A stretch of DNA of 64,000 nt from Malacoraja senta. Taxonomy: Eukaryota. This document shows, piece by piece, positions 36,601 to 47,610 of the stretch. The translations under genes and the position numbers were made by a program. The notes beneath the pieces are model-generated. The model was not told the DNA's origin, did no database searches, and saw nothing but the letters and a program-made list of their open reading frames with translations. Each line of letters begins with the position of its first letter. Position 1 is the stretch's first letter. The DNA is taken from the NCBI GenBank assembly GCA_038087875.1, contig CM075981.1, positions 19,220,001-19,284,000 on the forward strand, given 5' to 3'.

Positions 36601-38031
36601 CTTGAATGGCCAAATGGCGTACTTCTACTCCTAGAAGTTATGAACATGATCAACTGATGCCAAGTCGTAAAGACATGACAAAGTGTTCTGCAAAAGACAG
36701 AGGGGGGTGGGGCTGACATCTGACCACATCTCCACTAGAGGGCGCAGGTGGGGAGGAGGAGCACATCAGGTATGAAGAGCAGGACGTTGTAAACAGTGTG
36801 TTTATAGGTTCAGAAGCTCATAAGCGATAGGAGCAGAATTAGGCCATTCGGCCCATCGTCTACTCCGCCATTCAAACATGGCTGATCTATCTCTCCCTCC
36901 TAACCCCATTCTTCTGCCTTCTCCCCCTAAACTCCATTGGAACATCGTATACCCAGTGGCAGGAAAACCTCACCAATCGCGACCCCGTCACTCGGGGCCA
37001 GGCACAGTCTTCATTGGCTTTCCTGACATCTTGGAGGCTGAAGGGCCAACAACCCCAGACATCTCTATTTTAGATATATCTGGTTATATATATAAGAGCG
37101 AGCGTCAATTACTCAGCCTACGTATTTGGCGCTGCCTCGCTCTCCCTCCACGTTAGCAGTCGGGGAGCGCAGCGGCCCGGGGCTGCTCTTAGTGTTGTTA
37201 CCGGTTAGATCCCTCGAATTGTCAGAGCCGGGACATGACTGGGCCGCCGTGAAGAAGGGTGCAATGGTGCGGTGGGGGGTTCGGCGGCGGTCAGAATGGG
37301 ATGGCTGCGGGTTATAATGTGCCATCGTTCCTCTCTCCCTTGTCTCTCTCTCCCTTGTCTCTCTCTCTCTTGTCTCTCTCCCCCTTCTCTCTCTCTCTCT
37401 CCCATTCTCTCTCTCTCCCCCTTCTCTCTCTCGCCCCATTCTCTCTCCTTTCTCTCGCACCTCTCTCTCCTTTCTCTCTCTCTCCTTTCGCTCTCTCTCT
37501 CTTCTCTCTCTCTCACCCTTCTCTCTCTCCCAGGGCCGGATTTAGATGAAGAGAGGCCCTAAGCTGTTCCAATTGTGAGGCCCCTCCAAATCCCCCTCCC
37601 CCACAACTAGAGGAAGATGGTCCACCAGATTGACACCGATTTGCAGCCGAGCGTGACCTAAGGGGCTGGAAAGCTGTGCTTTTATTTATTTATTTATTGC
37701 CAGTACTAGTGTCGAGTTATTGGCTTAAAACACTATTATTCTGAAATGGAAGGCAAGGAAAATTACTGACGGGTTGTTTAGAGACTACAGTGCGTTTTGA
37801 CAGCATAGGTAAGAAAGGCCTATGACAGTGTCAAAAATATTATACACCTTGCAGGGCTCTCACTTAACTTTTTTCCCCTGTTGTCAGCCGGGCAACCTTG
37901 GCAGCTTTTTAAGTTGTCAAATGACAGTTTAGGTGGTCATTTAAGACGGCTTGCATGACGTGTGCGATAATGTGCTCGGACGAAGTGCGTAGTTACCAGT
38001 CGGAATTATGCTCAATGAAGCATTCACATAT

Positions 38032-40492
38032 TATTTTACTTCGGAGTCACGTGAGTGACTACGTGAAGAAGACACGTCAGGGCGCCTGTGCGTCATTACA
38101 TCAGATGCATTGGTGCTCACGGACGTGAGGAGCAGAGTTCCTCTAGTGGAATGTACCAGCAGCTACCGACGGCAAAAAGAAAAGGCACTAAGATGCATGG
38201 CGGCTATTTTGATAGGCTATGCAGTTAAACAACAAATGCTGCTTCTGATTTGCAGTGGTGGATTTAACATGTCTCCAGTAGTTCGAGCAAAATACTGATT
38301 GAACAGCCTTCCATGGTCTTACAGACTGATGTCAGTGCACTAGGATTGGTGCCACTGAAATGGTATCCATCTGTGGACAGATGGAATATGGAAGAGGCAT
38401 TATTTTTTGCAGACATGGAGAATCAACGTTTTACAGCTGTTGGAAGGCTTATGAGCTCCAAACTTGTTGTTAATACAACTAATCTGCATGTTCAGCTTCA
38501 AATTTACAATACTACAGCAATGGCATGTATTAATCGTATGGGTGGAATTAAGTCGGTGTCATGTGACAAATTGGCTAATCAATTCTGGACTTGGTGTGTT
38601 GACAAATATTTGGTTTCAGCTATTTATCTACCAGGTTGATTCAATATAGTAGCAGACACCAGGTTACAGAAATTCCCATGATAACAAAGAATGGATGTTG
38701 AATCTTAAGATTTTAATGATATAGTAGTCAGATTTGGGAAGCCAGATACGACTTGTTTCCATCCAGACTCAATCACCAGTTACAGAGGTATGTGTTATGG
38801 GAACTACATCGGGAGACAGTAGTGATTGATGCTTTCTCGCTACATTAGGGTGGTATGTTTTTATATGCATTTTCCATCATTCTGTCTCATAAACCGGTGT
38901 CTGCTTAAAATGAAGCAGGATGCTGCCTCTGGGGTACTGGTGGTACCGGACTGGTCTACGCAGCCATGGTTCCCTTTGATATTGGAATTAATGACACAGT
39001 TTCTGATAAAGGTTCCCAAAAGAAGGGATTTACTGGTGTATCCGATAATTGGAGAGTAACATCCGTTATATGCCTGTATGGATCTGTTAATTTGCAGGTT
39101 TTAAAAAGAGTATTGTCTGGGCATACTGTGGACATGCTTGCAGCAGTCTGTGTGCAAAAGAATATTGAATGTTGTACGGCACATGTCTCAAATGTCTTAT
39201 GTTTTCTCAACACTCTATTATGAGGGGTTGAGTTATAGTGCGATTTATTCAGCCAGAAGTACATTGTCCTCGTTTTTTATTGATGGGGTCGGAAAGACAT
39301 CCTGTTGAGTCTCGTTCTTTCGTTTCCAGATTAATGAAAGGAATTTTATTCCAGACCTTCTAACCTAGGTATGGCAATCTGGAATATAGAGTGGTTTTAA
39401 GCTACTTCATCAATGGACTCTTGGTACGATTCTGATTTTGGCCAAATTCAGCATGAAGGTAGTCATGCTTATGGCACTTGTAACAAGCACAGAGAGTGCA
39501 GACATTACAAAAGTTACAGATACACAGGATGGAAGTACCTCAGGATAATCTTATGTTTTACATTTATGACCTACTCAAATGAAGTAGGGTCAGGTGTGAC
39601 AGGATTCAAGAGTGTTTTATTAGCATATTCCATGGATCCATGTCTATGTGTTAAGACATATTTGTTGCAATGCATTGAGGCTACAAAGGTCTTATGAAAT
39701 ATGAAAACAAGATTGCTTATCATTCAAGAAAAACCATACAAAATAGTGTCAGTTCAGACTATTTCAAGATGGTTAAAACAAGTCTTGGTTGCTGCAGGTG
39801 TGAACAGTGATGTTTTTACATCCCATCGATTTAGCAGCAACATCGGTGGCCAGGGCGAAGGACGTCCCGTCGACCATATTCTCGCAGCCGCCGGGTGATC
39901 TAATAAGTTGGTGTTTCAACACTTTTACCATCGGCCTATTGCCAATACGGGGCTGTTTGCAGATACTATATTAAGTTCTGCTTAAATTGCCCTGGGTTAA
40001 AGGGGATACTGTTAATTCTATGATTCAAATAAATGAATTACTGCATTTTGTCATGCAAATGTCATTAATGCATTATTGATTATTTCTCGTACCGAGTCAA
40101 TCAATGCAGTGAGAAGCCGGGATTTGTTTCTGCGGCATGAAATCACAAAGCTTTAAAATCTTCACGTAGTCACTCACGTGACTCCAAAGTAAAATAGTAA
40201 GATTAAACGAGAACTTACCAGTTTGAGGTTTGATCTTTATTTTATGAGGAGTTACGTTGGTGATTACGTGCCCACCACGTCCAACCCTCTTTCATAAAGG
40301 TCAGCTGGAAGTTCTAAATTTACTCGTTTTACTATGTTTCTTCGTTATTGTTGTTTGTGATTTCACACCGCTGCTTTGAAGATTGACGCGCAGGCGCCCT
40401 GACGGGTCTTCTTCACGTAATCACCAACGTAACTCTTCATAAAATAAAGATCAAACCTCAAACTGGTAAGTTCTCGTTTAATCTTACTATTT
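38032..40492 (+). mobile_element. DIRS1-like tyrosine-recombinase retrotransposon, internally deleted and degenerate
   Basis: Left ITR (ttcggagtcacgtgagtgactacgtgaagaaga), internal complementary region at about 40160-40270 and extended right ITR. Remnants of RNase H (TDVS..NTTAMACINRMGG), methyltransferase-like domain (LVVPDWSTQPWFP) and recombinase (QTISRWLKQVL..ILAAAG). Confidence 0.88.
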
Positions 40493-40986
40493 CTGCTTCA
40501 AATAAGGTCACAAACTAAACATATTCACCAATCAAGACATGATATATACCACAATGAAATGCAGCAAAGTTTTAATACAGTATCTCAACTCTTTTTACAC
40601 GTTGCAATGAATGCAATTTCTATTATTTCTTTCCACTTCCAAACAAAAATGTGGTTGGATTATTCAGCGTATGATCAACCTCGGTGAGACCAAGCGCAGG
40701 CTTGGCGATCGCTTCGCACAACACCTCCACTCAGTTCGCAATAACCAACCTGATTTCCCGGTGGCTCAACACTTCAACTCCCCCTCCATTCTGAATCCGA
40801 CCTTTCTGTCCTGGGCCTCCTCCATGGCCAGAGTGAGGCCCACCGCATATTGGAGGAGCAGTACCTCATATTTGCTTGGGTAGTTTACACCCCAGCGGTA
40901 TGAACATTGGCTTCTCTAATTTCAGGTAGTCCGCCTCTTCCTTTGTTTTTTGTGTGTGCCCGCCTCCCCCCCCCCCCATCATCAAT

Positions 40987-41014
40987 CTGAAGAAGGGTCT
41001 CGACCGGAAACGTC
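40987..41014 (+). ncRNA. Minimal hammerhead ribozyme core
   Basis: CTGAAGA-AGGGTCTCGACCG-GAAACGTC, with one stem II mismatch. Confidence 0.6.
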
Positions 41015-41716
41015 GTCTATTCTTTCGCTCCATAGATGCTGCCTTACCGGCTGATTTTCTCCAGCTTTTTGGTCCACCAATGGGATCCCACCACTGGCCA
41101 CATCTTCCCATCTCCTCGCTTGTTGGCTTTCCACAGAGACCGCTCCCTCCGTAACTCCCTGGTCAATTTGTCCCTTCCCATGCAAACCACCCCCTCTCCT
41201 GGTATTTTCCCTTGCAACCGCAGGAAACGCTACACTTGTCGCTTTACTTCCCCCCTTGACTCCATTCAAGGACCCAAGCAGTCTTTCCAGATGCGGCAGA
41301 GGTTCATTTGCACCTCCTCCAACAGCCTCTATTGCATCCACTGCTCTAGGTGTCAGCTGCTCTACATCAGTGAGACCAAGCTTAGGCTTGGCGATCGCTT
41401 CGCCCAACACCTGTGCTCGGTCCACAATAACCAACTTGATCTCCCAGTGGCTCAGCACTTCAACTCCCCCTCCCATTCTGAATCCGACCTTTCTGTCCTG
41501 GACCTCTTCCATGGCCAGAGTGAGGCCCACCATAAATTGGAGGAGCAGCACCTCATATTTCGCTTGGGCAGTTTACACCCCAACGGTATGAACATTGACT
41601 TCTTCAATTTCAGGTAATCCCTGCTTTCTCCTCCCCTTCCCAGCTCTCCCTCAGCCCACTGTCTCTGCCTCTTCCTTTCTTCTTCCCGTCCCCCCCCCCA
41701 CCACCCTCACATCATT

Positions 41717-41744
41717 CTGAAGAAGGGTCTCGACCCGAAACCTC
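41717..41744 (+). ncRNA. Hammerhead core, stem III variant
   Basis: CTGAAGA-AGGGTCTCGACCC-GAAACCTC; the ACGT palindrome is lost. A further core-mutated copy (CTAAAGA) is at 42881-42908. Confidence 0.5.
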
Positions 41745-43642
41745 GCCTATTTCCTTCGCTCCATAGATGCTGCCTCACCTGCTGAGTTTCTCCAGCATTT
41801 TTGTCTACCCATTTACACAAGTTCTGTTATCCCAATTTCCTCACCCACTCCCTACATATTAGGGGCAATTTTACAGAGACAAGTTAAACTACAAAGCCAA
41901 TGCGTCTTTGGGATTTGGGAGGAAACCCACACGCTTGCAGAGAGAATGTAACACAGACAGTGCCTGAGGACAGGATCGAACACAGATCTCTGGCGTGTGA
42001 GGCAGCAAGTCTACCAGCTGTGCCACTATATTTTGTTTTCCAACAAACAAAAAATTATAGGTTGATAACTTTGGTTACTAAAAAAATGAAAATATCCATT
42101 TTCAGTTTTAAATCTCCAAGTGACGCTATGTCCCCTTTACAGCTACTGTATGTTTAATTAAATTCAAGACTATGGGGCAGTACATTGGCCATAAAGTTGC
42201 TACCTAAAAGTGCCAGAGGCCCGTGAATTGATCCTGAATATGGGTGCTCTCTGTATGGAGTTTGCTCTTTTTCCCTTTGATCGCATGGTTTTCTCTGGGT
42301 GCTCTTGTTTCCTTCCACATTCCAAAGGTGTGCAGGAACCTATTTCAGACCCAACCCAAAACATAATATTTTCCATTTGTCCAGAGATTCTGTCTGACTT
42401 GTTGAGTTACTTCAGCTTTTTGTGTCTATCTTCAGTTTACACCAGCATCTGCAGTTCCTTCCTGCACGCACAATACTATATATTAGAACTTNNNNNNNNN
42501 NNNNNNNNNNNNNNNNNNNNNNNNNNNNNNNNNNNNNNNNNNNNNNNNNNNNNNNNNNNNNNNNNNNNNNNNNNNNNNNNNNNNNNNNNNNNNNNNNNNN
42601 NNNNNNNNNNNNNNNNNNNNNNNNNNNNNNNNNNNNNTCTCGTTTATAACATTGTTTACAGAGTACTATGTTTACATATTCTGTTGTGCTGCTGCAAATA
42701 AAGATTTCATAGTTCTAACTGGGACGTGAGAGAATAAAACACTCTTGACTTACTCCGCTAATGTGTGGAATAGAACTAGTGTACGGGTGATCGGTGGTCG
42801 GCGTGGACTCGGTGGGCCGAAGGGCCTGATTCCATGCTGTATCTTTAAATTAAACTAAAAACACTAAAACCACAGGGAGTCTAAAGAAGGGTCTTTACCC
42901 GAAACGTCACCCAATTTCTTCTATTCAGAGTTGCTGGCTGCTCCATGGAGCTCCCCCGCACAATTAAAGCATGGAATAGTCTTCACCCTACCATAGTTAC
43001 ACAACCAGACGCAACTAAATTTAAGGTACCTCTTTTTTCCCCCAAGAACCCTTTTTTGCTTAAGTCCAAGTCAAGAGTCAAGAGAGTTTTATTGTCATGT
43101 GTCCCAGATAGGACAATGAAATTCTTGCTTGCTGCAGCACAACAGAATAGGTAAACATAATACAGAACAGGAGATAAAAGTTCAGTGTGTTTATATACTA
43201 TAGACCATATATATACACAATAAATAAACAGATAAAATGCAATAGGCTGTTATTGTTCAGCCCTCCACCACCTCCAGTTTAAATTCCATTTAGAATATTT
43301 ATGGAGGACCAGGAAACCATAAGCAAGAGTTACTCCAGGAGTTACTCCAGATCCAGGGTCAGGGAGTGATTCTGCGTTGGTTTTCAGCGGTCGCGGCCGT
43401 GGTTGTGCGCATGTGCAGGGAGAGGATGTGCTGGTCGTAGCAGTGCGCACGTGCAAGGCGGCCTGCTGTGCCGGCGGATGAGGAGCGAGCGGAGACCTGA
43501 TGGAGACGGAGAGTGACAGAGAGAAAGAGAGATAGAGAGTGGGTCCTATGAAGCCTAGTGGTAAATCCAGCTCTGCGAGGCCCCCCTGGATATCGAGGCC
43601 CTAAGCTTAAGCTTGTTAAGATTATACCTAAATCCGGCCCTG

Positions 43643-46600
43643 CTCTCTCCCCTCTCTCTCTCTCTCCCTTCCTTCTCCCCCTTCCCTCTCTCACCCCCTT
43701 CTCTCTCCCCCTTCTCTCTCTCTCTCCCTTCTCTTTATCTCTCCTGTCTCTCTCTCCCTTCTCTCTCTCTCTCCCTTCACCTTCTCTCTCCCTCTCCCAC
43801 CCTCTTCTCTCTCTCTCCTTCTCTCCCCTCTCTCCTTTCTCTCCCTCTCTCCCTTCTCTCCCTTCTCTCCCTCTCTCTCTCCCATTCTCTCTCTCCCTTA
43901 TCCCCCCCTTCTATCTCCCCTTCTCTCCTTTCTCTCTCTTTCCCTCTGTTCTCTCTCCTTTCTCTCTCTCTCTCCCTTCTCTCTCCCCTTCTCTCTCTCT
44001 ATCTCCCTTCTCTCTCTCCCTTCTCTCTCTCCCCTACTCTCTCCCCCCCAATTCTCTTGATCTCTCCTGTCTCTCTCTCGCTCCCTTCTCTCTCTCTCTC
44101 CCTTCACTCTCTCTCTCCCTTCTCTCCCCCTTCTCTCTCCCCCCTTCTCTCTCTCTCCCCCTTCTCCCCCTCTCTCCCCATTCTCTCTCTCCTTTCTCTC
44201 TCTCCTTCCTTCTCTCTCCCTTCCCTCTCTCTTGCTTCTCCATCTTTCTTCTCTCTCTCTCCCTTCTCATCTCACTCCCTTCTCTCTCTCCCTCTCTCCC
44301 CTCCCTTCTCTCTCTCTCCTTCTCTCTCGCTCTCTCTCCATCCCTTCTCGCTCTCTCTCCCTTCTCGCTCTCTCTCCCTTCTCTCCCCTCTTCTCTCTCT
44401 CTCCCCCTTCTCTCTCTCTCTCCTCTCTCCCTTCTCTTTCTCCCTTCCCTCGCTCTCCCTTCTCCCTCTCTCACCCTTCGTCCCTTCTCTCTCTCTCTCC
44501 CCTCTCCTTCTCTCCCTTCTATCCCTCTCTCCCATCCGTCTCCCTCTGCTCACTCTCACCCCCTTCTCTCTCTCTCTCTCCCTTCTCTCTCTCTCCTCAT
44601 TCTCTCTTCTCTCTCTCTCCCCTTCTCTCTCTCTCCCCATTCTCTCTCTCTCCTTTCTCTCTCTCACCCTTCTCTCTCACCCCATCTCTCCCCCTTCTCT
44701 CTCTCTATCTCCCTTCTCTTTCCCTCTCTCCACTCTCCCCATTCTCTCCCTCTCTCCCTTCTCTCACTCCCCCCTTCTCTCTCTCCCGTCTCTCTCTTCT
44801 TTCTCTCTGTTCTATCTCTCCTTTCTCTCTCTCTCTCCTCTCTCACCTTCTCTCTCTCCCCTTCTCTCCCCCTTCTCTCTCTATCTCCCTTCTCTCTCTC
44901 CCTTCTCTCTCTTCTCTCTCTCCCCATTCTCTTTATCTCTCATGTATCTCTCCCTCTCTCCCTCTCTCCCTTCTCTCCCCTTCTCTCTCTCCCCATTCTC
45001 TCTCTCTCACTCCCTTCCTCTCTCTCTCCCTACCTTCTCTCTCTCCCTTCTCTCTCTCTCCCCTCTCTCTCCCCTTCTCTTCCTCTCTCTCCCTTCCTTC
45101 TCTCTCCCCATTCTCTTTATCTCTCCTGTATCTCTCTCTCTCTCCCTTCTCTATCTCTTCTCTCCCCCTCTCTCTTCTCTCTCTCTCCCCATTCTCGTTA
45201 TCTCTCTCTCTCTCCTCTCTCTCCCTTCTCTCTCTCTCTTCTCTCTCACCCTTCTCTCCCTTCTCTCTCTCCCCCTTCTTTCTCTCCCCCTTCTCTCTCT
45301 CCCCATTCTCTCTCTCTCCTCTCTCTCCCTTCTCTCTCTCCTCTCTCTCCCTTCTCTCTCTCCTTTCACCTTCTCTCTCCTCTCTCGTTTCTTTCTCTCC
45401 CTCTCTCCCTTCCATCCTCTCCCCCCTCTCTCTCCCCTTCGCTCTCTCTCCTCTCTCCCTCTCCCTTCCTCTCACCCCACTCTCCCTCCCTTCTCTCTCG
45501 CTCTCCCCGTTCTCTCTCTCCCCCATTCACTCCTTCTCTCTCCTTTCTCTCTCCTCTCTCTCTTCTCTCTCACCCTTCTCCTCTCCCTTCTCTCCCTTCT
45601 GTCTCTCTCTCTCTCTCTCCCATCTCTCTCTCCCCATTCTCTCTCTCCCATGTCCCCCCCCTTCTATATCTCTACTCTCCCATGTCCCCCCCTTCTATAT
45701 CTCTACCCCGCTTCTCTCTCTCTTTCCCACCGTTCTCTCCCCCCCCTCTCTCTCTTTACCTCCCTTCTCTCCCCCTTCTCTCTCTCTCTCTCCCTTCTCT
45801 CTCTCTTCTCTCTCTCCCTTCCCTCTCTCTCGCTTCTCCCTCTCTCCCTCCCTCTCACTCCTCTCTCTCCCTCTCTCTCCCCTCCCTTCTCTCTCTCTCT
45901 GTGTCCCTTCTCTCTCTCTTCCTCCCTTCTCTCTCTCCCCCCCTCTCCCTTCTCTCCTTCTCTCCCTCTCTTCTCTCTCTCCCTTCNNNNNNNNNNNNNN
46001 NNNNNNNNNNNNNNNNNNNNNNNNNNNNNNNNNNNNNNNNNNNNNNNNNNNNNNNNNNNNNNNNNNNNNNNNNNNNNNNNNNNNNNNNNNNNNNNNNNNN
46101 NNNNNNNNNNNNNNNNNNNNNNNNNNNNNNNNNNNNNNNNNNNNNNNNNNNNNNNNNNNNNNNNNNNNNNNNNNNNNNNNNNNNNNNNNNNNNNNNNNNN
46201 NNNNNNNNNNNNNNNNNNNNNNNNNNNNNNNNNNNNNNNNNNNNNNNNNNNNNNNNNNNNNNNNNNNNNNNNNNNNNNNNNNNNNNNNNNNNNNNNNNNN
46301 NNNNNNTCTCTCCCTTCTCTCTCCCCCTTATCCCCTTCTCTCTCTCCCCATTCTCTCTCTCCTCTCTCCCCCTTCCTTCTCTCTCTTCGTTCCCTCTCTC
46401 TCGCTTCTCCCTCTCTCGTCTCTCTCTCTCCCCCCTTCTCTCTCACTACCTTCTCTCTCTCTCCCTCTCTCTCTCCCCTCCCTTCTCTCTCTCTCTCTCT
46501 CCCCATTCTCTTTATCTCTCCTGTATCTCTCTCTCTATCTCCCCCTTCTCTCTCTCCCTTCTCTCTCTCCCTTCTCTCTCTCTCTCCCTTCCTTCTCTCT

Positions 46601-46860
46601 CTCTCCCTTCCCTCTCTCTCCCTTCCCTCTCTCTCCCTTCTCCCTCTCTCTCCCTTCTCTCTCACCCCTCCTCTCTCCTCTCTCTCCCTTCCCTCNNNNN
46701 NNNNNNNNNNNNNNNNNNNNNNNNNNNNNNNNNNNNNNNNNNNNNNNNNNNNNNNNNNNNNNNNNNNNNNNNNNNNNNNNNNNNNNNNNNNNNNNNNNNN
46801 NNNNNNNNNNNNNNNNNNNNNNNNNNNNNNNNNNNNNNNNNNNNNNTCTCTCTCCCTCCC
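43643..46860. repeat. Very long CT-rich polypyrimidine low-complexity tract (continuation of 37330-37530)
   Basis: Almost only C/T on the + strand, with recurring ctctctcccttct-like units and two N gaps. Confidence 0.95.
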
Positions 46861-46959
46861 TGCCACGGCTCCACCCCTCTCTCGCCTCGGGGAGACGCGG
46901 TGATGAATACACTGGGAGGGCCGAGCCACTGATACTGTCCAGTGCCTCCCCAGCCATAG

Positions 46960-47132
46960 ACATCACCGCATACCCACAAATATTTATAGCGCCAAAAAAG
47001 ACGATTCCAGCGGTTTTTAAAGAAGGTACGCGTTCCGTGTGAGTGTGCCGAGGCGGCCATGTCCTCCACATGGATTGTGCTGCCCCGTGCGTCACGCCCT
47101 TTGACCCGATGACCTTACGTGCAACCCCCACT
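46960..47132 (-). mobile_element. Terminal fragment related to the 30493 element
   Basis: atgtcctccacatggattg...ccgtgcgtca.gccct.tgaccc..tgac.ttacgtgcaacccc is the reverse complement of the 30493-30565 terminus. Confidence 0.65.
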
Positions 47133-47292
47133 ATACAAAACATTTGCTGTAGAGCAGAGCACTAGGGAACGTTTCTGGCAGTCAGTGGGGTTCAGTAAAC
47201 TGGGGAACGCACAGGATCTGCCGCACATTAATTGGGCGGGGGGTGGTTCAGGAGCTGGTGAATCCCGGGACCTCTGTGGCAGTCTCACTCAC

Positions 47293-47610
47293 CGTACACC
47301 TCCAGTCGGACTCTTGCATGAGTTTCATCTCCTGAACTTGTTCCAAAAGTCACCTCATATTCACCAGCGTCCTCTCCCCGTAGATTACGGATTTCCAGAC
47401 TGAAGTTCCTGCGGTGAAGAGTTACCCGTCCCTTGTAATTGACGTTATAGTATTCAATCTTCCCATTCGAGTGTTCCGCTATCTTGATTCTGGGCGATGC
47501 CCGCCTCCACACAACTTCCGTAATGTCCGATGAGACTGTGATCCCAGCAGGTAAGGAGACCGAGTGTCCCCGAGCTCCGGTCACGGTGCCAGCGGCGGAC
47601 CCAGTCCCAG
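47293..47610 (-). CDS. Gene B: CD2/SLAM-family IgV (first Ig) domain exon
   Basis: tctcttgtctcctcag acceptor; TACG|gtgagt donor; 318 nt, phase 1-1. Encodes GTGSAAGTVTGARGHSVSLP...VVWRR...YKGRVTLHRRNFSLEIRNLRGEDAGEYEV...RLEVY. Cys-less V domain with SLxIxNL..EDAGxY, characteristic of CD2/SLAM domain 1. Confidence 0.9.

Larger units (their letters stand above)
40670..41810 (+). mobile_element. Penelope-like element with tandem (pseudo-LTR) 3' ends
   Basis: The GIY-YIG C-terminal part and 3' end occur twice (about 40670-41070 and 41370-41810). ORF 41036-41617 has YCIHCSRCQLLYISETKLRLGDRFAQH. Confidence 0.88.
37531..43642. mobile_element. hAT-type element with perfect 14-bp TIRs and 8-bp TSD, expanded by nested insertions
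   Basis: CAGGGCCGGATTTA at 37531 and TAAATCCGGCCCTG ending 43642; CTCTCTCC on both flanks. No transposase ORF seen. Confidence 0.8.

Noticed and set aside
43558-47143. Very long ORFs (1124, 1096 and 936 aa; S/L/P-rich or R/E/G-rich)
   Set aside because: Artefacts of a C/T-only tract that cannot form stop codons, and of N gaps.
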